Assembly (NCBI GenBank): GCA_965216755.1
Contig: CBDCGL010000011.1
Coordinates: forward strand, 3,808,001-3,872,000
Length of the DNA stretch: 64,000 nt
Direction: 5' to 3'
Source of the DNA: Alphaproteobacteria bacterium
GTDB lineage: Bacteria > Pseudomonadota > Alphaproteobacteria > UBA7887
The position numbers and the translations under genes are program-made. A model generated the notes under the pieces. It made no database searches. It was not told the DNA's origin and saw only the letters and a program-made list of their open reading frames with translations. Of this stretch, positions 59,127 through 64,000 are shown in pieces (position 1 is the stretch's first letter; each line of letters begins with the position of its first letter).

Positions 59127-60023
59127 CTATGAGCAATGCTCTTGTATGAACGTGCCTGCTTCGCGAAGACCTTCGTGCCCCTCGTCGAGCATTGGCGCAA
59201 ACAAATGCCAGACATGGATCATGTCTTCCCAAATGCGCAATGTGACATCGACACCAGCCGCGCGGGCATTTTCCGTCAGGCGCGTTGCGTCGTCGAAGAG
59301 AATTTCAGCGCCGCCCACCTGAACCAAAAGAGGCGGCAAACCGTGCAGATCGGCGTGGACCGGCGAGGCCGCCGGGTGCGCGACGTCGGCGCCGTCTAAA
59401 TAGAGACCGGCAAACCAATGTAGCGCGGCTTCATCGACGACCGGATCGCGTTCGGCCCGAGCTGTGATGCTGTCGCTGGTGCCCGACAGATCTGTCCATG
59501 GTGAGATACTGACAGCGGCCGCGGGCAGGGGTTGGTGCTGGTCGCGTAACGCGCACAAGCTTGCGATGGTCAAGCCGCCACCGGCGGAGTCGCCGGCGAT
59601 GGCAATTTTCTCGGGTGTCGAACCGCCGGCCAACATCCAGGTGTAGGCGGCGACCGCATCGTCTCGCGCGGTTGGAAACCGGTGTTCGGGTGCCAGTCGA
59701 TAGTCGAGTACCAAAACTTGGGCGTTTGCGTGTTGCGACAATGTATAAGCGAGCGCGCGATAGATATCGGGTGAGCCCATGACGTAACCACCGCCGTGCA
59801 AATAGAGCACGTGGCGATCGGCATCGGTACCCGGCGCCGCGACCCATTCGGCCGAACATGCGCCGACTTGCTGCTTGGCCACCACGGCGTCGGCGGGCGC
59901 CAGGAATTTATCGCCCAACTCTTCCATGCGCGCGCGCATCGGCGCCACGTCCAAGGGATTCGGGCGATCGACGGCACGCTCACGCAATACGGTGATCAGT
60001 TTATCGAGTTGGGCTGCGGACAT
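59127..60023 (-). CDS. HSL-family alpha/beta esterase/lipase
   Basis: HGGG, YRLAPE, GDSAGG, E.L.DD, HVW. Confidence 0.92.
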   Translation of the reverse strand: MSAAQLDKLITVLRERAVDRPNPLDVAPMRARMEELGDKFLAPADAVVAKQQVGACSAEWVAAPGTDADRHVLYLHGGGYVMGSPDIYRALAYTLSQHANAQVLVLDYRLAPEHRFPTARDDAVAAYTWMLAGGSTPEKIAIAGDSAGGGLTIASLCALRDQHQPLPAAAVSISPWTDLSGTSDSITARAERDPVVDEAALHWFAGLYLDGADVAHPAASPVHADLHGLPPLLVQVGGAEILFDDATRLTENARAAGVDVTLRIWEDMIHVWHLFAPMLDEGHEGLREAGTFIQEHCS

Positions 60024-60043
60024 AAGACCATTCCCATGCGGGC

Positions 60044-60083
60044 AAAAAAAGAAAAGGGACGGATCAGAGCGAGATCACGTCCC
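60044..60083 (-). terminator. Intrinsic terminator after the autotransporter gene
   Basis: Minus-strand GGGACG(U)GAUC / GAUCCGUCCC stem followed by UUUUCUUUUUUU. Confidence 0.7.
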
Positions 60084-60129
60084 ATGGATTGGTTCGACTT
60101 GTGGTGCGCTTTTGCGCCTCTTTGGTCGG

Positions 60130-61518
60130 CTACAGCTCCAGCCGGCCGCCAATGGTGATGATATGCTCGGTCAGGTCGGAATTGCCAAGAACTGTTTCGT
60201 ATTCGATGAACCCGGCCTTGCCGCCCGCCAACTGTGCGGCTGCGCCGAGCGAGAAGTTGAAGGTGTCGCGCTCCGGATCTTCGGTCAGCACTTGGAACGG
60301 AGATCCGAATGGATCGGACGCGAAGCGAGACGTGATAGCGCGGCTGTCGTTTTCGAACTCATGCTCCCATTCCAAGCGAGCTTGGGGGCTAAGAATGCCG
60401 AAATCCATCGATACCGGATACACCGCGATCACACCCAATCGGCTGCGTCGCGAGGTAATATCCTGCTCATCGACACGCAAATTGAGACCGTTGGCGCCGG
60501 TTTCGGTAAAGCCGTCGATGTCAACCCGCAGCTCGGTCAGCTGGGCAAACGGCGTGACCGTTGCTTGTTCCAGCTGGATATTGTAGCCGGCGCCGATCGT
60601 GCCCGCGATTTCAAAGCCATCCGAATTGCCACTGGCCGTGCGGCTGAGCGTGTCACTGGGGATTGAATAGACGATCCGCCGCTCGGTATCCATGTCCAGG
60701 AAACTGATCTCCAGCACACCTTCGACATACCAATTGTCGACGAAATAGGTCGCGAAACCGGTGAGATTGTAGGCGTTGGATTCCAGGCTGCCGCCACTGC
60801 CGTCGAAGTCATTGTCGCTGAAGGTATAGCCCGCGGCCGCGCCGACCAGGAACTGGTCAGAGACTAGGTAGTCGGCGCCAATCGTGAAGTCCAAGGCGTA
60901 GAAGTCAAAGCCTTGCCGCTCTGACGTGCCGTCGACGTCACCAAAACTGAAGGAACCCGAGCCAAACAAACCAAGCTGGCTGAAATCACCATCGCCGGCA
61001 CTCAGACCACTGTCGCTGGGTTGTAACCCGGTCAGGTTTGGTGAAACCACGTAGTCGTGGGCCATATTGAAGGCGGTCGACAGTCCACGCAGGTCGACCC
61101 GCGGACCACCAGCGCGCAAGCTGCCCAGTCTGTCGCCGACCGCCTCGCGCTGTGGACTCGATATGTCTGTCGCATTGATACCGCCTGCAGGGAAATCTGC
61201 CGGTGATACTTCTTCCAAGGCGCCCAATACGGGCCCGGTCGCCAGTCCATCGACGACATAGTCCGTGCACCTTCCGGCGAGATCGTCCAATGCACTGCCG
61301 CCGTCCACGCCGCGGCCGGGATCGACTGCCCCCGCGCCGCCCAACAAGGGGCACGACGATGCCACGGCATTTGACACACTGGACTGCAGCCGCGTTTGCG
61401 CCTGCGTCTGGCTCGCACCAAACGAAGTCAACGCAAGCGCGATTGCCACACCGGCATAAACAACGAACTGCGACGCCCTGACTGGGATCGCATCGTCAAT
61501 TCTTGCTTCACACAGCAC
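60130..61518 (-). CDS. Autotransporter-type outer-membrane beta-barrel with short passenger
   Basis: Signal peptide; short two-Cys passenger; linker helix (RLGSLR); barrel motifs GADY, F.E.GA, W.HEF, C-terminal GRLEL. Confidence 0.85.
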   Translation of the reverse strand: MLCEARIDDAIPVRASQFVVYAGVAIALALTSFGASQTQAQTRLQSSVSNAVASSCPLLGGAGAVDPGRGVDGGSALDDLAGRCTDYVVDGLATGPVLGALEEVSPADFPAGGINATDISSPQREAVGDRLGSLRAGGPRVDLRGLSTAFNMAHDYVVSPNLTGLQPSDSGLSAGDGDFSQLGLFGSGSFSFGDVDGTSERQGFDFYALDFTIGADYLVSDQFLVGAAAGYTFSDNDFDGSGGSLESNAYNLTGFATYFVDNWYVEGVLEISFLDMDTERRIVYSIPSDTLSRTASGNSDGFEIAGTIGAGYNIQLEQATVTPFAQLTELRVDIDGFTETGANGLNLRVDEQDITSRRSRLGVIAVYPVSMDFGILSPQARLEWEHEFENDSRAITSRFASDPFGSPFQVLTEDPERDTFNFSLGAAAQLAGGKAGFIEYETVLGNSDLTEHIITIGGRLEL

Positions 61519-61738
61519 GGTGAAACCCCCTGCCTTTATCTAACCCGTCCAAGAAAATGGTAAGCGCCCCAGTCGGGTACTGTCAAACCAGCAGTTGCAG
61601 AAAGGTCACGTGTGTGCGTTTTGACAAAATGTGTGGCGTCAATGCCATATGCTTGGACGATAACCAACGAATGGGTGATTGCTGCGTCCGCGCACAACGT
61701 CAACCGATTGCGACCGAGGCAGCCGCCATTGGCCAAAC

Positions 61739-61780
61739 AAAAAAACCGGCCGGAACGGGGTGACGCCCCACTCCGACCGG
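61739..61780 (-). terminator. Intrinsic terminator after the DUF4384 lipoprotein operon
   Basis: 15-bp stem fully paired on the minus strand using G-U wobbles, followed by U7. Confidence 0.8.
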
Positions 61781-61806
61781 CCCTTGGTTGTCTATCGTGG
61801 TGCGTT

Positions 61807-62172
61807 TCAGCGCACGGCTTGGACCAAACAAAGTGATTCACGGAAGGCCAATATGAACACCGATGGATTGACCTCGCCTTGGCGTCGGAACGACACCGAT
61901 TGTTCGTCAATCAGCGTATTGAAGGTGAAGCCGGCCAATTCAGCCTCGTCGATCACTTTCTTGCCTTCTTGCCAGCATTCGGCACGGACCGGACGATCGG
62001 CCAAATAGTACTGGCGCGTTGCCGTGATCGGGCCGGACGCCGCATTCGAATCGACTTCACCATCGATCGCGCTACGACCTTGCCCGGCTTGCGTGAGGAT
62101 GCCGCCCGCCAGAGCCACGGCGAACAAGGCACCCAGGGTCAAAGGGCGGACCTTAAGGGGGGAAAGGGCCAT
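61807..62172 (-). CDS. Hypothetical exported protein with two Cys
   Basis: AGGAG RBS; signal/TM segment; CWQEGKKVI...SLCL. Confidence 0.75.
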   Translation of the reverse strand: MALSPLKVRPLTLGALFAVALAGGILTQAGQGRSAIDGEVDSNAASGPITATRQYYLADRPVRAECWQEGKKVIDEAELAGFTFNTLIDEQSVSFRRQGEVNPSVFILAFRESLCLVQAVR

Positions 62173-62196
62173 GGTTTTTCTCCTGTTGCTCAGACG

Positions 62197-63693
62197 CTAT
62201 TCGACACGGATCTTCAACCGCGCGTCGACGGCGCCGGCCGGATCGAGACGGCGGTAGATGTTCACGACCTCATCTAGCGTATTGACGGGAACCGGCGTCA
62301 GATCCGCGATTTTCAGGTTCTCAGGCACACTCATGCCGACTTCTTTGTACGAGGCCACGCAGGCAACCTCTTCTTGCGCGCCTGGTTGGTCGAAAACGAT
62401 GTCGTAGAGCGCGACTTCGCTCGGCAGATCGAAGGCTTGGCGACCGACCACATAGGGATCCGGCCGGAATTGGTTCGGATAGATCCGGGCGATCGAACCG
62501 CGCGCATCCTGGTAGTAGCAATAGAGATACGAATCCTGCGAAACGGCGACCCGCATCTTGAGCTTCTGACCGACCTGATAGGTCGGTGACGGACCGTTGG
62601 CCGTCGACAAGTCGATCGACAGCGGCGGCACAATGTTGCTGGCCGCTATAATTTCCGGTTTCGCCGGTTGTACGCCCAACGCCAGGTCTTGAGTCATCAG
62701 CGATTGATACAGATCGAAATCGATGCGCCCATTGGCGATCAACCCGGCATCGGCCTGATAACGCGAGATCGCACCAACGGTGGTGGTATCGAGTTGTCCG
62801 TTTTCCTCGCCGGCGTAATAGCCTTGGCTGGCGAGCGCTTGCTGGGTGAAGCGGATCTGTTCGTCCTGGGTCATCGAGTCAAACCAGTCACGCGCTTGCG
62901 CGATCATTTTCGGGTTGGTGTGCTCGATCTGCAGGCAACGCCAATACGGAACGCGGGTGAGCTTGCCCAACGTTTCGATAGCGGTGAGTTCGATCAACGT
63001 GCGCACCGATTGGGCCATGCCCTCGGCCGCATTGAGCGAAATATTGAAGAAGATACCGGCGTTGCCGATCGTGCCGCCGGCATCGCCACCGGTGCCGGTG
63101 CGGGTTACCGAGATCGAGTTGCTGGCGCCAATGCCCGGCATGATTTGCAACTTGGCCAGTTCGCCAATGTTCATATCCAGGGTAACGACCGAAACAACCT
63201 GGTCCTTGTTGATACCCAGTTCGGCTTGCGGGAACGCAAGTCCGCCACCAGCCGACTCGGCGATGACGCCCTCGTCCAATTGCGTGATGGCGCCGCGGAT
63301 ATAGTAGCGCGGCACGCTGAACTCGTCGGTGAAACCGACCAGGCTGTGCAACTGCAGCACATCCGCTTGGGTGACGTCGAAATCAACAAACGTGAACGCC
63401 TTACTGCGGACCGACATCCGCGAAATTGCGGAAATCAACATGTCCTTTGTGCCGGCACGCACATTGCCTGTCTCGTCGGGAAGACCAGCGCTGGTAATGA
63501 CAATATTGTTGACGCCAAAGGACGCGTACAAATTGTCCATGCATTTCAGCGATTCGCTGAAACTGGTGATATTCCGGACCGCCGTCGATTTAGGCTGTGC
63601 TGCAACCGGCGCTGTCTGCGGATCGGAAAAAGCACATGCCGATGTGGCGGCCGCGACGCACACGGCAATCGCCGATTTGATTGACCGTCTCAT
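62197..63693 (-). CDS. Lipoprotein with CsgG/HfaB-like, peptidoglycan-binding and DUF4384 domains
   Basis: Lipobox TSAC; L.CMD, D.TG, IRGAITQLD; QQAL...GYY.G..NG....T..AI..YQ...GL...G; YLYCYYQDA.G...RIYPN. Confidence 0.8.
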   Translation of the reverse strand: MRRSIKSAIAVCVAAATSACAFSDPQTAPVAAQPKSTAVRNITSFSESLKCMDNLYASFGVNNIVITSAGLPDETGNVRAGTKDMLISAISRMSVRSKAFTFVDFDVTQADVLQLHSLVGFTDEFSVPRYYIRGAITQLDEGVIAESAGGGLAFPQAELGINKDQVVSVVTLDMNIGELAKLQIMPGIGASNSISVTRTGTGGDAGGTIGNAGIFFNISLNAAEGMAQSVRTLIELTAIETLGKLTRVPYWRCLQIEHTNPKMIAQARDWFDSMTQDEQIRFTQQALASQGYYAGEENGQLDTTTVGAISRYQADAGLIANGRIDFDLYQSLMTQDLALGVQPAKPEIIAASNIVPPLSIDLSTANGPSPTYQVGQKLKMRVAVSQDSYLYCYYQDARGSIARIYPNQFRPDPYVVGRQAFDLPSEVALYDIVFDQPGAQEEVACVASYKEVGMSVPENLKIADLTPVPVNTLDEVVNIYRRLDPAGAVDARLKIRVE

Positions 63694-64000
63694 AATTCTA
63701 GACCCTTTCCTGGCCGAGGGGCGGACCGAAAGCCACGCTGCCGGTTGTTGTTCTCCCGCTCGGGCTCCATTGATACCTCGTTCCACAACGACGATCATTT
63801 GGCGTCTTCGCCGGCGCAAACCGGTTCGACGTCGTCGGCACCGACGTTACCACAACAAGGTCGAAGACGCCCATGCAACCGCTGGATCGGACCGGCATGG
63901 CGCAGCCGGTGGGTCAACTGCGCGACGTGCCCGTGCACCCGCCTTCGCCGCGGTCGCCGAATGCCTTCGTCGTTTGCCGCATTCAAGTCAATGCGTTGGT

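Noticed and set aside
63698-64000. Short ORFs at the right edge
   Set aside because: No frame gives a recognisable protein; cannot be resolved without flanking sequence.

Overview
GC-rich (by eye about 60-63%) chromosomal segment of a probable alphaproteobacterium (Rhodospirillales-like gene content), densely coding with about 63 CDS. I found no rRNA, tRNA, CRISPR array or transposase. Left to right: (1) 3' end of a DUF294-type nucleotidyltransferase coupled to a membrane/PAS-like DEDDh exonuclease; (2) a scattered, non-canonical phenylacetyl-CoA-type (paa-like) set: an FNR-like reductase plus paaX divergent from a stand-alone PaaA-like di-iron protein, then paaF-paaG-paaI, and a second degenerate PaaA/C-like protein with a CoA transferase, cupin and divergent flavodoxin, with no paaB/D/E/K/Z in the window; (3) a SqrR/BigR-type two-Cys repressor with a perfect operator palindrome, an RND pump, a DUF2892 protein and a cytochrome b; (4) housekeeping ABC1 kinase, oligoendopeptidase and acyl-CoA ligase; (5) a roughly 20 kb glycosylation island: CDP-glucose pathway, C-methyltransferase, GtrA/GtrB-like genes, B12 radical SAM enzyme, orphan qhpG-like flavoprotein, two paralogous mutase-like flavoproteins, several GTs, a GT-C-like protein and a thrice-repeated unknown membrane domain; (6) an RdhA/QueG-like Fe-S protein and a 24-bp perfect inverted-repeat element; (7) an abm-type 2-aminobenzoyl-/salicylyl-CoA catabolic operon with a Liv-type ABC importer; (8) an esterase, an autotransporter barrel and a CsgG/PG-binding/DUF4384 lipoprotein. 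The best candidates for an undescribed system are the PaaX-controlled minimal di-iron aryl-CoA oxygenase, possibly fed by FNR/flavodoxin, and the lipid-carrier glycosylation island. All functional calls come from motif recognition by eye; no database searches were run.
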